A DNA stretch of 54,136 nucleotides from Dehalococcoidia bacterium (GCA_049516035.1 JBEKTM010000001.1:1-54136), one strand, 5' to 3'. Positions 9,692-17,785 are shown, counted from the stretch's first letter. A program made the numbers and translations. Notes: generated by a model from the letters alone, not told the origin.

Positions 9692-10000
9692 ATGGCATTT
9701 CAGGATCCATTTCCGGGAATGAAACCAGAACGCAAGATGACCGAGGCCGAGCAGGTCCGGGCTCTCCGCCTTGACCTGGCGTCCGAAGAAGAAGCTATAT
9801 CCACTTACATGGCGCACGTCGATGCTACCGACGATACCCTGATGCAGATTGTTTTGACTTCCATTGCCGATGAGGAAAGAGTCCATGCCGGCGAACTCCA
9901 GACCCTCATTAACGTTATTAACGGTGACGAATTCACCCAGCAGAACAAGGGAATGAAGGAAGTAGCGGACGTGGCCGGCTCTACAGCGGCTCCGCAGTGA
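9692..10000 (+). CDS. Encapsulated-ferritin-like (EncFtn / ferritin-like two-helix) protein
   Basis: The SEEEAISTYMAHVDATDD...IADEERVHAGEL segment fits the EncFtn pattern E..EA...Y...VDA..D...DEE..HA, with the Glu, Tyr and ExxH ligands present. Stop codon is TGA. Confidence 0.6.
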   Translation: MAFQDPFPGMKPERKMTEAEQVRALRLDLASEEEAISTYMAHVDATDDTLMQIVLTSIADEERVHAGELQTLINVINGDEFTQQNKGMKEVADVAGSTAAPQ

Positions 10001-10027
10001 AAGGGCCTGGACTAAGCCAGGTGGCTT

Positions 10028-10807
10028 ATGCGTTATCGAGCCAGGGTAACACCCTTAAAAGAAGGTCGCCGGCAGGACAAAGAGGCTAGACGGGAATACA
10101 CCCATGCGGTGAGCGTTGACCAGGCCGGCCGCTTTTTAGGATTCAGATTTCCCTATCCGAAGTATCTTGTCACGGATATAGTAGTGGATCCCGAGAAAGA
10201 AATGTCTCAAAAAGAAATTGAGGAAAAGTGGTTTAAGGCGCTTGCCGATATCAAGATCGAATATCCTTATCCGATGTATAATCGTTTGGACTGGAAAAGA
10301 ATATTAAAGAAGCGTGGTGTAATAAAGCCAAAGGAAATCGAAAGGCTTGATATCGAATCTGCCAAGGAAGATGCAGAAAGAGAAAGGGAAGAAGCAGAAA
10401 TAGAGCAAGAAAATAAAGAGGGATCGAGGAAGGTGGCGTTCAGTATGCCGGAAGGAATGATGGAAGCTCAGGAAGTAAGGTTGCTTCTTAATAAAATAAG
10501 GGCAGCGGAAGTCCCGGAGAAGGAACAGGGTGAATGGGATGCCTGGTCGAAATTACTCGATTCGGCTGTTGAAGAAATAGTCAAAAACGCCTCGAATTGC
10601 AACTTGCGTTATGTTCTTCAGACCGGCATGGGGGAAATGACAGAGATAGCGGAACGCATGCACAAAGAAAGTAAGGATTTCCCCCAGAATGCCAGTATTG
10701 GTCTCAATTTAACTGATCTTGAAGACGAAACAATCGAGGCGGTGATCAATTCACTGGCCAGCAAGTGCAGTTGCGCTAACATAACAGAAAGAAAAGAAAA
10801 TTATTAA
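10028..10807 (+). CDS. Hypothetical protein
   Basis: 259-aa ORF. Basic N-terminus and Glu/Lys-rich centre. Confidence 0.6.
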   Translation: MRYRARVTPLKEGRRQDKEARREYTHAVSVDQAGRFLGFRFPYPKYLVTDIVVDPEKEMSQKEIEEKWFKALADIKIEYPYPMYNRLDWKRILKKRGVIKPKEIERLDIESAKEDAEREREEAEIEQENKEGSRKVAFSMPEGMMEAQEVRLLLNKIRAAEVPEKEQGEWDAWSKLLDSAVEEIVKNASNCNLRYVLQTGMGEMTEIAERMHKESKDFPQNASIGLNLTDLEDETIEAVINSLASKCSCANITERKENY

Positions 10808-10828
10808 ATTAAGTCGGTTGGCTTAAAA

Positions 10829-10844
10829 TATTTCTTAAGAAATA
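10829..10844. repeat. 16-bp perfect palindrome TATTTCTTAAGAAATA (copy 1)
   Basis: Ends 15 nt before ATG 10860. Confidence 0.9.
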
Positions 10845-10859
10845 AAAAGGAGGTCTGCC

Positions 10860-11210
10860 ATGTTAAGAAAAGTTCTTCTCATTCTGACGATCATGGTTAT
10901 ACTGGTGGTATCGATCGCATTAATGTTTACCGGTCCTCCGGGATTCGCGATGCTGCCGCCGGTACTCACAGCAGGCGCGATTCCCCTGGTTGCTTCCCTT
11001 AAGAGGAGGGTGACTCCGGTTCCCAAAATGTTGTGTGTGGTCCGGGAGTCAATACAGGCGTTCGATTCCTTTTATATTACAAAGGTCTTGAGGCTCGGCA
11101 GAAGCGCATTTCAGCAGGTTTCATTTACAACCTTATCGTACAGGTTAAATTCCTTTAGATACGCTTTTTCGACCGGCGCCCGGTTTTTGACCGTAAGGCT
11201 AAACGTTTAA
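10860..11210 (+). CDS. Small membrane protein
   Basis: AAAAGGAGG RBS. Two N-terminal hydrophobic helices. The C-terminal half is of doubtful coding quality. Confidence 0.45.
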   Translation: MLRKVLLILTIMVILVVSIALMFTGPPGFAMLPPVLTAGAIPLVASLKRRVTPVPKMLCVVRESIQAFDSFYITKVLRLGRSAFQQVSFTTLSYRLNSFRYAFSTGARFLTVRLNV

Positions 11211-11230
11211 GAGTTCCTAATTAGTTGACA

Positions 11231-11322
11231 ATGGGGTATTGTAGCTGGATAAAAGCCGGGGCTTGCATGATTTCCCCCGGCTGCCGTCGTCATTAACGGT
11301 CCTCCAATCCAGCGATACCCAT
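11231..11322 (+). ncRNA. Candidate structured RNA (three-way junction), possible sRNA or complex 3' end
   Basis: Outer stem 11231-11250/11307-11322 (8 + 7 bp). Hairpin AGCCGGGG/CCCCGGCT (11254-11282). Hairpin CCGT/ACGG (11284-11299). TTGACA lies at 11225 upstream and an intrinsic terminator at 11328 downstream. Confidence 0.3.
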
Positions 11323-11327
11323 TATCG

Positions 11328-11362
11328 AAAGCGAGAGTTACCGGGGTGGGCTCTCGCTTTTT
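11328..11362 (+). terminator. Rho-independent terminator
   Basis: GCGAGAG ... CTCTCGC stem followed by TTTTT. Confidence 0.7.
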
Positions 11363-11401
11363 ATTATACGTAAAAATACCTATTTTACTCTCGAAAAACC
11401 C

Positions 11402-11431
11402 TTGACATGGTATTATTGGTCAGTCTATCAT
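11402..11431 (+). promoter_or_regulatory. Sigma70-like promoter candidate
   Basis: TTGACA, 18-nt spacer, TATCAT. Confidence 0.4.
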
Positions 11432-11446
11432 TATTGCGATAATTCT

Positions 11447-11492
11447 ATTAGGAATTTTTGATAAACCATGGCTACAGCGCCCATTAGGAATT
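11447..11492 (+). repeat. 10-bp direct repeat ATTAGGAATT x2 upstream of the integrase operon
   Basis: Copies at 11447-11456 and 11483-11492. Confidence 0.7.
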
Positions 11493-11572
11493 CAAGTCGT
11501 GATGCTGCCTGCGATAGTGGATTACAGTTCTTAGAAATAGTAATTAGATAATTTTTGGAGGTCAATTAAAAT

Positions 11573-11917
11573 ATGCCAGAGCCAGTACCGGTTAAAAATT
11601 GCGTTGCAGCCTTAAATTCCATACTCGCGGATAAGGGTCTTCTTTCTATATCGACCGCGACTATCCTGGAAAATACGGTAAACCATCTGGAAAAGATCGA
11701 GAATCCCGCATCTCCGGATAAATCCGGAGTCAGGAAAATCGACCAGCTCAAGGCGATACTGGATTCTCAGGAAAAGAATAAGGGATGGACGAATATTGGA
11801 AACATGATCAAGAAAGGCGAAGATAGTTTAATCCTGGATATCCCGGATAATGGTATAGGATTTTTCTTTGATTCGACTGGCGATAAATTCCTGGGAATAG
11901 TCAACTGGAAAGAATAA
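11573..11917 (+). CDS. Hypothetical protein upstream of the integrase
   Basis: 114-aa ORF with GGAGG RBS. Confidence 0.55.
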   Translation: MPEPVPVKNCVAALNSILADKGLLSISTATILENTVNHLEKIENPASPDKSGVRKIDQLKAILDSQEKNKGWTNIGNMIKKGEDSLILDIPDNGIGFFFDSTGDKFLGIVNWKE

Positions 11918-11942
11918 AATTATCAGAAGGAGAGGCGGCGGT

Positions 11943-12851
11943 ATGGCAACGAATCCTGAAATAATAATTCCTACGAAAGAACAAATCCTGGAGGTTTATA
12001 CCAATCACCTGTCGAGCAAGGGCGCGGCCCGGCAGCATGTCTTGAGCTACGCGTCTGAGTTTCTCGAATATGCGGAGGGCGATTACACCCGGGCTACCAT
12101 CGAGAAATACATGGAGCATATCAAAAGAAAGCATGAATACAAAGATAGCAGTCTTAACTTTATCTTCCGTGTGATCCGCACCATGTTTAACCGGAATAAA
12201 CTCGACTGGCCCTTTAACCGGGGTGAAGCGCCAATGGTTAGAGAATCGAGCATCCTAGCACCGGCGCTGGGGCCCCGGACGGTACGCCGGGCGATTGCCG
12301 CGGTCAAGAAAAGCGACGACGCTGCGGCAAAGGCTTTTCTTGCCCTGTCTACCGTTTACGGAGTGAGGCGTCAGGAAATCATGAATATCACAGCTGAAGA
12401 TATAAGGTACAAGGATAAGACTATCTACATTGCGACCTTAAAGCATGGCCGGGAGAGAACACATCTTCTCCCGGATGAAATCATTCCTTATCTTCAGGAC
12501 TACGATTTCGATACCCCGCGCTCCGGTTTTGGAATGCTCATGTTATGGTATTCTATTGAGAGAATGATTGATTTCAAGCACCTGGAGCATGTTGGTTTTC
12601 ATTCCATCCGGAGAACAGTTGAAACCCTTCTCGAGAGGGAATTCAAGGATCTTGTTCTTGTTAGAAACTTCATGCGCTGGAAGACCCAAGATTCTAACGA
12701 TATGGTCCAGCGGTATTCGGCGACGCAGTTCGTCGGAGACGATGAGGAATATACCGAGCTCAACGAAGACAGCAAGAGCGTTGACCAGTTGATATTCGCA
12801 AAGAGGGAAGACGGGACGTACAGACACCCGTTTCTCGGGGATTGGAAATAA
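11943..12851 (+). CDS. int: Tyrosine recombinase / phage integrase
   Basis: Catalytic signature pieces: YGVRRQEI (Arg I), HSIRRT (H-x-x-R), and W...MVQRYSAT (C-terminal Tyr). AAGGAGAGG RBS. Confidence 0.85.
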   Translation: MATNPEIIIPTKEQILEVYTNHLSSKGAARQHVLSYASEFLEYAEGDYTRATIEKYMEHIKRKHEYKDSSLNFIFRVIRTMFNRNKLDWPFNRGEAPMVRESSILAPALGPRTVRRAIAAVKKSDDAAAKAFLALSTVYGVRRQEIMNITAEDIRYKDKTIYIATLKHGRERTHLLPDEIIPYLQDYDFDTPRSGFGMLMLWYSIERMIDFKHLEHVGFHSIRRTVETLLEREFKDLVLVRNFMRWKTQDSNDMVQRYSATQFVGDDEEYTELNEDSKSVDQLIFAKREDGTYRHPFLGDWK

Positions 12852-13081
12852 TGGATATATGGTGTAGCCAAAACAACTGTACGGCGTTATGTTTAGGCAA
12901 TGGTTTTTGCCATTTTACGTTTACAGCTTCAAATTCTGCGGCCTCAACTCCACCATCAATTTATTATGATACCGCACCGGATGAAAAACTAAGCGAAAAG
13001 CCGAAGCCTTATAATAAGCAAAAAGATCGTCCTGAATATTGGAAACCGAAATTCGAAAGGACGTTCAAATCAAGGCGGTGA
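12842..13081 (+). CDS. Doubtful ORF in the integrase-distal spacer
   Basis: 79-aa ORF that overlaps the integrase stop and has no RBS. This stretch may instead be non-coding (attP candidate). Confidence 0.2.
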   Translation: MEIMDIWCSQNNCTALCLGNGFCHFTFTASNSAASTPPSIYYDTAPDEKLSEKPKPYNKQKDRPEYWKPKFERTFKSRR

Positions 13082-13084
13082 TTC

Positions 13085-14653
13085 ATGGGCATTATCTATA
13101 ACATTCCCTGCCCCATCTGCGGCGTCTCTCACGGTAATCGCGCCACTCATGATCCGGATAAAAAGTATGTCGTGACATCGCGGCATCTGTTTTGGGAAGA
13201 CGTCGCGGACTTCGATCCTGATAAGCCCTTCGGCGTTATCCAGGAAAGTTTGGGCCGCGGCACTTTCAATACCATTCAGCATTTCTCTCCGAACGAAGAC
13301 CCGACCGGTTCCTTTACCCTTGTGAAAGGGAGAATACTGGCTGTCGTGAAAGAGTGGATCGCGAAGGGATGGATAGACAAGGGAGAGATAAACGGGCTCC
13401 TGGGCGGCGTAGCACAGGGACCTCCCATCGGGCCGGCTAATCCGGTTATTATCAAGCCGTCTCCAAAACAGGCTCCTAAAGAAAGGGCCGGGCCAACCCC
13501 TCCAAAAGAAATAAAGGCGGCCCAGACCAAGCCAAAGAGATTATATTACGTCCAGGTCTTTAATGAGGACACCGAGGAAGTCTCGCGGATGCATTTCTCC
13601 ACTCAGAAAGAAGCTGCCGATACTGCCCGTAATGTGCCGATCGTTAAAGAAAAGAAGCCCGGCTACGTCTATGTTTTCGCCGGCGACGAGAAGGGTATAA
13701 CATCGAAGGACGCCATCTTCTCATACAACTATAAGGAACTCACTGCCAAGGCGACTAACGAGGCCAAGGTGACTCGAGCGAAAGAATCGGCGGAGGCCAA
13801 GAAAAAAGCTGAAGAGGAGATTACCAAAGAGAAGAAGGCGGCCGAACGGAAATTAGCGGCCGAAAATGAAGAAACCCCCAAAGAAAGAGTCCATGCCTTC
13901 CGGAAGGGCATCAAATATTACAGCGAGAACACCGCGAGCCCGATCATCGCCCAGGGAAAATACAGGGGCAAGAAGTTCTATACCGAGGACTCGACTGGCA
14001 CCTTTCTTCCTCCCGAAAGGTGGCCCGAGATCCTTGGCCTTAAAATCAGTAAAAACACGATGTCGGAAGCTGAGTACCAGGAATATACCGCGATAGTGAA
14101 AGAAGCGATTGAAAAGGCCAATGAGGCAGAAGACGCGGCCAAGCTACAAGCGGAGAAGGCCGCAGGGGCCCGGAAAGAGGCTGCACAGGCCCTCTACTCC
14201 CAGATAAAGAAGGGAGATTGGGTTGAGGACACTGACGGCCGGAAGTGGCAGATAGTGAACAAGGGGTCATCGACCTACGAGGTCCTGTCTCCTCAAGGCG
14301 GCAAGGCGTTTATCGGTACGCTGTATGCCGCGCGGATCATCCCGGAACCCCCGGAGGCCAAGCAGCAGAAAGCGGCGGCGCCGGCGCCGGTAGTCAAGAT
14401 AAGAATCAAAGACCGCCTGGTTAACCCTCTTCAAGCGCAGCTGCAGGGGTACATTTTAAGGGGAACGGTAAAGCACTGGACGCCGGTATTCACGATAAGA
14501 GACCAGGCAATGGCGGACCAGGCGGTAAAGGCACTCGAGGCCGGTTTTGAATCTTCTGAGATCAGACGTCTTGAGCCGTGGGACCTGCGCATTCACTGGA
14601 TGGTAGGAGACGAGGAAAATATTATCGGATCGGATATAGAGCCGCCGAAATAA
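13085..14653 (+). CDS. Zinc-ribbon N-terminus plus Lys/Glu/Ala-rich coiled-coil protein
   Basis: 522-aa ORF. CPICG motif at the N-terminus and long KAEEE/KKAAE tracts. AAGGCGGTGA RBS. Confidence 0.65.
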   Translation: MGIIYNIPCPICGVSHGNRATHDPDKKYVVTSRHLFWEDVADFDPDKPFGVIQESLGRGTFNTIQHFSPNEDPTGSFTLVKGRILAVVKEWIAKGWIDKGEINGLLGGVAQGPPIGPANPVIIKPSPKQAPKERAGPTPPKEIKAAQTKPKRLYYVQVFNEDTEEVSRMHFSTQKEAADTARNVPIVKEKKPGYVYVFAGDEKGITSKDAIFSYNYKELTAKATNEAKVTRAKESAEAKKKAEEEITKEKKAAERKLAAENEETPKERVHAFRKGIKYYSENTASPIIAQGKYRGKKFYTEDSTGTFLPPERWPEILGLKISKNTMSEAEYQEYTAIVKEAIEKANEAEDAAKLQAEKAAGARKEAAQALYSQIKKGDWVEDTDGRKWQIVNKGSSTYEVLSPQGGKAFIGTLYAARIIPEPPEAKQQKAAAPAPVVKIRIKDRLVNPLQAQLQGYILRGTVKHWTPVFTIRDQAMADQAVKALEAGFESSEIRRLEPWDLRIHWMVGDEENIIGSDIEPPK

Positions 14654-14662
14654 GAGTGAAAT

Positions 14663-15001
14663 ATGAGCTACGTTGATAATACCGACCTAGTTTGTCCTGT
14701 TTGTGGAAAGCCGATTGTTCATTTCGAGAATCAGGGTTGCTATGAATATCTAAGATGTACTGGTGACCCCATCCGCCATTGCTTTCTTGTGAATTATAAA
14801 ACATGTAAGGAAGAAGATGAGCGTGCCCTTGAAAGCTGGACTTACCTCACTTATAGCGATTACCATAAACCTGGTCCAATCAAGATTGGAATGCGCATAG
14901 AGAATGAGATTAAAGATGAAAGTTCTGGTATACGAAATTATTGGAGAAGCGTAAAAACACCAGAAGCTTACAAAGAAGATTACAAGGAAGGGGAAAATTA
15001 A
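14663..15001 (+). CDS. Zinc-ribbon hypothetical protein
   Basis: 112 aa with CPVCG ... C..C-type cysteines. Confidence 0.6.
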   Translation: MSYVDNTDLVCPVCGKPIVHFENQGCYEYLRCTGDPIRHCFLVNYKTCKEEDERALESWTYLTYSDYHKPGPIKIGMRIENEIKDESSGIRNYWRSVKTPEAYKEDYKEGEN

Positions 15002-15002
15002 A

Positions 15003-15338
15003 ATGCCAAGACAAGTGATGATTCATAAGTTTGGATTATCTCTTTACCCAATCACCCTTGAACTTAATGACAATGAAGATGTCTGTCCAAATTGCAAGGG
15101 GTCAGGCCAAACAACGGTCTATTGTGATCCCGGGCCAAATAGACATACTCCCTGATGGCTATGTTCGAGCACCGGGAAAGTGCCCAAATGTAGGATATGC
15201 GGAGTCCTGGCGGCCGGCTTGTCACTGGAATTTTTGCCTATCACCAAAACAGGTTTATGCCGCGAGTGCGCCAAGGCTGGAATCGAGATTGAGAAAGTAA
15301 AGAAACCCTCGAAGGTGTTTCATAATAATTGGCATTAA
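15003..15338 (+). CDS. Zinc-ribbon protein interrupted by an in-frame TGA (15153..15155): recoding, readthrough or pseudogene
   Basis: The ATG overlaps the upstream stop (TAAAATG). The frame reads ...CPNCKGSG...HTP[TGA]WLCSS...CRICG...CRECAKAG... to TAA at 15336. It replaces the implausible track ORF 15031..15300. Confidence 0.5.
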
Positions 15339-15352
15339 TAAGGGAGGTTATC

Positions 15353-15688
15353 ATGCCGAGAGGAAGAAAGCCCGGATCGAAGAACAAAATTAAAGATGAG
15401 TCGCTAAAAAAACCGGCACCAACAGAAGATGGCTACTGGTCTGGGGGTCAAACAAAGAAAGACATTGAAATGCTCTTGACTTCCAAGGGTGCGGAAAAGA
15501 TATCTTTCCAGGAAAGCACAACTCCCAACGGGATGGTTGTTAATTTTTCCTGGAAGGGTTTAGACCATCATGCCGAATGTAGCGCGTTTCGCGAATCCAC
15601 TCTTAATCTCCGGCAAATATATTTCGGCTTAAAGAAATGTATGGATTTAGTAGATATGGGAGTTAAGGTATCAGTTGGAGGTCTTTAA
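15353..15688 (+). CDS. Hypothetical protein with basic AT-hook-like N-terminus
   Basis: AGGGAGG RBS 6 nt upstream of ATG 15353. N-terminus is MPRGRKPGSKNK. Confidence 0.6.
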   Translation: MPRGRKPGSKNKIKDESLKKPAPTEDGYWSGGQTKKDIEMLLTSKGAEKISFQESTTPNGMVVNFSWKGLDHHAECSAFRESTLNLRQIYFGLKKCMDLVDMGVKVSVGGL

Positions 15689-15690
15689 TA

Positions 15691-16095
15691 ATGCCGATCG
15701 TTGAGCAAGCCAGAAGATATAAGCTATTCATGACAATGTTACAGATAAGCGTCCAGATAATAAAGAATGGCCCGAACGGTACCGCCGCAATGGATACTCA
15801 ACTTGTTACATTCCCTGTCTCTATCCGCTGGGATGTTACCGATTGGGTCCAGGCGGAAGTAGGGGCGGACAAAGTTAATGTCATGTACCAGGTAGCGACG
15901 CAGCTCTCCATCGGAATGTCAGCCGACAAATTCACGGAGCATCTTTTCAAACAGACAAAAGAGCTATTTCCCGGCCGGCGATTTATGGTGTCTGTCGGCG
16001 GATATATCATCGAGAACCAGGTGAGCCAGGCGGAAGAAAAATTGATAATGCCATTGAACCTTGTTGGAAATTTAGGGAAAGAAGAACAAAAATAA
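15691..16095 (+). CDS. Hypothetical protein
   Basis: 134-aa ORF with GGAGG RBS. Confidence 0.6.
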   Translation: MPIVEQARRYKLFMTMLQISVQIIKNGPNGTAAMDTQLVTFPVSIRWDVTDWVQAEVGADKVNVMYQVATQLSIGMSADKFTEHLFKQTKELFPGRRFMVSVGGYIIENQVSQAEEKLIMPLNLVGNLGKEEQK

Positions 16096-16119
16096 TCTTC
16101 TCTCCGGTCTCAAAATCCA

Positions 16120-16149
16120 TTGACTTGAATTAAGGGCGTTCGCTATGCT
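16120..16149 (+). promoter_or_regulatory. Sigma70-like promoter candidate
   Basis: TTGACT, 18-nt spacer, TATGCT. Confidence 0.4.
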
Positions 16150-16275
16150 TATTGCAGTTCAAGGGGAAGGGGTGAAGGTCCCTGGTCAGGTGCTCAGCCA
16201 GGGGGAAACACCACGTAAAAACACTTCCCCTTGATAAGAATTAATATAAGAAATAAACAAAGGAGGATTAAGCCA

Positions 16276-16530
16276 ATGGTAAGAACGAAATTCAGATGTA
16301 ACTGGAAGTCTACTCACACGGAGAAGACCTACAACCGGGAAACAAGGGTTGAAGATTCAATCGTTCTCTATGACTATAATTTCACTACGGTCTATACCGG
16401 CAGCGAAGAAAATACAAAATTCTTTGCCGCAACTCCGAGTGGATCGCTTACCCTCAGTTGTGTCAGGAACGACCTCTTCACCATCAACAAGGAATATTAT
16501 TTGGATTTATCTCCGGCAGTACCTTTATAA
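16276..16530 (+). CDS. Hypothetical protein
   Basis: ATG 16276 is preceded by AAAGGAGG. The track ORF starts earlier at a TTG. Confidence 0.55.
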   Translation: MVRTKFRCNWKSTHTEKTYNRETRVEDSIVLYDYNFTTVYTGSEENTKFFAATPSGSLTLSCVRNDLFTINKEYYLDLSPAVPL

Positions 16531-16684
16531 TAAAAACAAGGCTGGTGTCCAAAACATCGGTGGCGTGGAAAACTCGTTGTAATTTGATTTATGACCGTAA
16601 TCATGTGATTCAGAATATTCAGAGCATACGTGGTGAAGGTCACCGAGCCAGCCTATCAAACATTAATAAGAAAGGAGGTAAGCT

Positions 16685-16849
16685 ATGGAAGAAATAATCA
16701 AAAAGTTGGATGAGGCCGATGCCTTAATAAGAAAAGAGCTTTCATCCGAAACTTGCAAGTCTTTACCAAATACTGCTAGAATGTCATCCCTTAGACAGTC
16801 CAGAGACAAAATTCAAGACGCGATCACGGCTCTCCTACTTGTAAAATAA
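16685..16849 (+). CDS. Small hypothetical protein (54 aa)
   Basis: Below the track length cutoff. AAAGGAGG RBS. Sequence MEEIIKKLDEADALIRKEL... Confidence 0.5.
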   Translation: MEEIIKKLDEADALIRKELSSETCKSLPNTARMSSLRQSRDKIQDAITALLLVK

Positions 16850-17015
16850 CAGTCTTGATGTTTAGCCGTCAGGCTAAAGACAGGTCACTAACTGCCGTGC
16901 GATTCGCGACGGGGCAGTAACAATGCAGGACGTTGTAAAACTCGGCGTGAACCGGCTGCCGACCTTATACTTATCAGGGTGAAAGACCACTGGCTTCCCA
17001 GGCGAAAGGAAAATT

Positions 17016-17366
17016 ATGAAAGATTATTACGCGATCTTAGAAATTCCCCGGACTTCCAGCGATAACGAAATAAAGCATGCCTATCGCAAGCTGGCATTCA
17101 AGTATCACCCCGACAAGAATCCTGGCCAGGAGAAAGAAGCTGAGGAAAAGTTCAAGGAAATAAACGAGGCTTATAGAGTCCTGGGGGATCCGGCAAAGCG
17201 CCGAAATTATGACCTCGAGAGAAGCCAGCTGTTTAGACCGATGACCCCAATCTTTAATCCTGGATATCCATTTACTACTTATCCATTTACTACTTCAGTA
17301 GGTGTCAACGGCATAAACTTTGGTGGTACCAATATAAGAATGAGATTCTACACCTGGCATACTTAA
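17016..17366 (+). CDS. J-domain (DnaJ-like) co-chaperone protein
   Basis: DYYAILEI...[16 protein letters not shown]...[18 protein letters not shown] is a canonical J-domain with the HPD tripeptide. Confidence 0.85.
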   Translation: MKDYYAILEIPRTSSDNEIKHAYRKLAFKYHPDKNPGQEKEAEEKFKEINEAYRVLGDPAKRRNYDLERSQLFRPMTPIFNPGYPFTTYPFTTSVGVNGINFGGTNIRMRFYTWHT

Positions 17367-17392
17367 AAGAAGATAGTCATTTCTTCCTTTCA

Positions 17393-17425
17393 AAGCCCTC
17401 CTGGACTACTTCAGGAGGGCTTTTC
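17393..17425 (+). terminator. Rho-independent terminator after the J-domain gene
   Basis: AAGCCCTCCTG / CAGGAGGGCTT stem followed by TTTT. Confidence 0.8.
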
Positions 17426-17440
17426 TGTGCCTGCTGGTGG

Positions 17441-17503
17441 GGCAGGGCCTTGATTCTGGCAGGGTTTAAGGGCAGGGTGGTACTCTACAGCCACCCGGCA
17501 GGA
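17441..17503 (+). repeat. GGCAGGG direct repeats (3 copies plus 1 variant)
   Basis: Copies at 17441, 17458 and 17471. Variant GGCAGGA at 17497. Confidence 0.8.
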
Positions 17504-17666
17504 AGGGCCAACCAGGGACCAAATGACCGTCGAGCATTATTCTCGCTCCCGAAATGGTGCGAACTACGATTAAAAAAGATGGTTACCGGTAAGACGGATT
17601 AGCCAGGCAGCCAGCGGCCAGCCGATGATCAGTCAATAACCAGCCGGCGACCAGGTTAAAAGTCCC

Positions 17667-17785
17667 GTAGAAGCTAAGACCAGGCAATCAGCAACTAATT
17701 AGACATAAAGTAAAAGGGCAGTCTCAAATAATCAGCAACTATCGGTTTGAGACTAAGGCATTAAAGACCATGCTTTAGCTTCTAC
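17667..17785. repeat. 11-bp inverted repeat GTAGAAGCTAA / TTAGCTTCTAC enclosing nested repeats
   Basis: Arms at 17667-17677 and 17775-17785. Inside are AATCAGCAACTA x2 (17686, 17730) and AGTCTCAAA/TTTGAGACT (17720/17746). Confidence 0.8.

Noticed and set aside
11211-11572. A tRNA, tmRNA or tRNA-Sec gene in the non-coding regions (11.2-11.6, 16.1-17.0, 17.4-18.0 and 18.5-18.7 kb).
   Set aside because: I could not build a cloverleaf with a T-loop GTTCRA-type sequence and a matching acceptor stem. The 11231-11322 fold has three helices, not four arms.
12852-13084. Assignment of attP to the spacer after the integrase gene.
   Set aside because: No recognisable tRNA-derived core is present, and no repeat matches the integrase-proximal ATTAGGAATT sites. 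attP cannot be located without the host or prophage junction sequence.
15153-15230. A convincing bacterial SECIS element downstream of the in-frame TGAs.
   Set aside because: Only short hairpins are visible: 4 bp at 15169-15183 and 6 bp at 25858-25874. They share GTGCCC, but I cannot demonstrate a canonical SECIS by eye. I keep this as a test to run, not as evidence.
15031-15300. Track ORFs 15031..15300, 17959..18147 and 25756..25998 as genes.
   Set aside because: In each case another frame gives a far better gene: a zinc-ribbon protein with an in-frame TGA, a 56-aa Xis-type HTH protein, and a second zinc-ribbon protein with a TGA. These have proper RBS and start arrangements.
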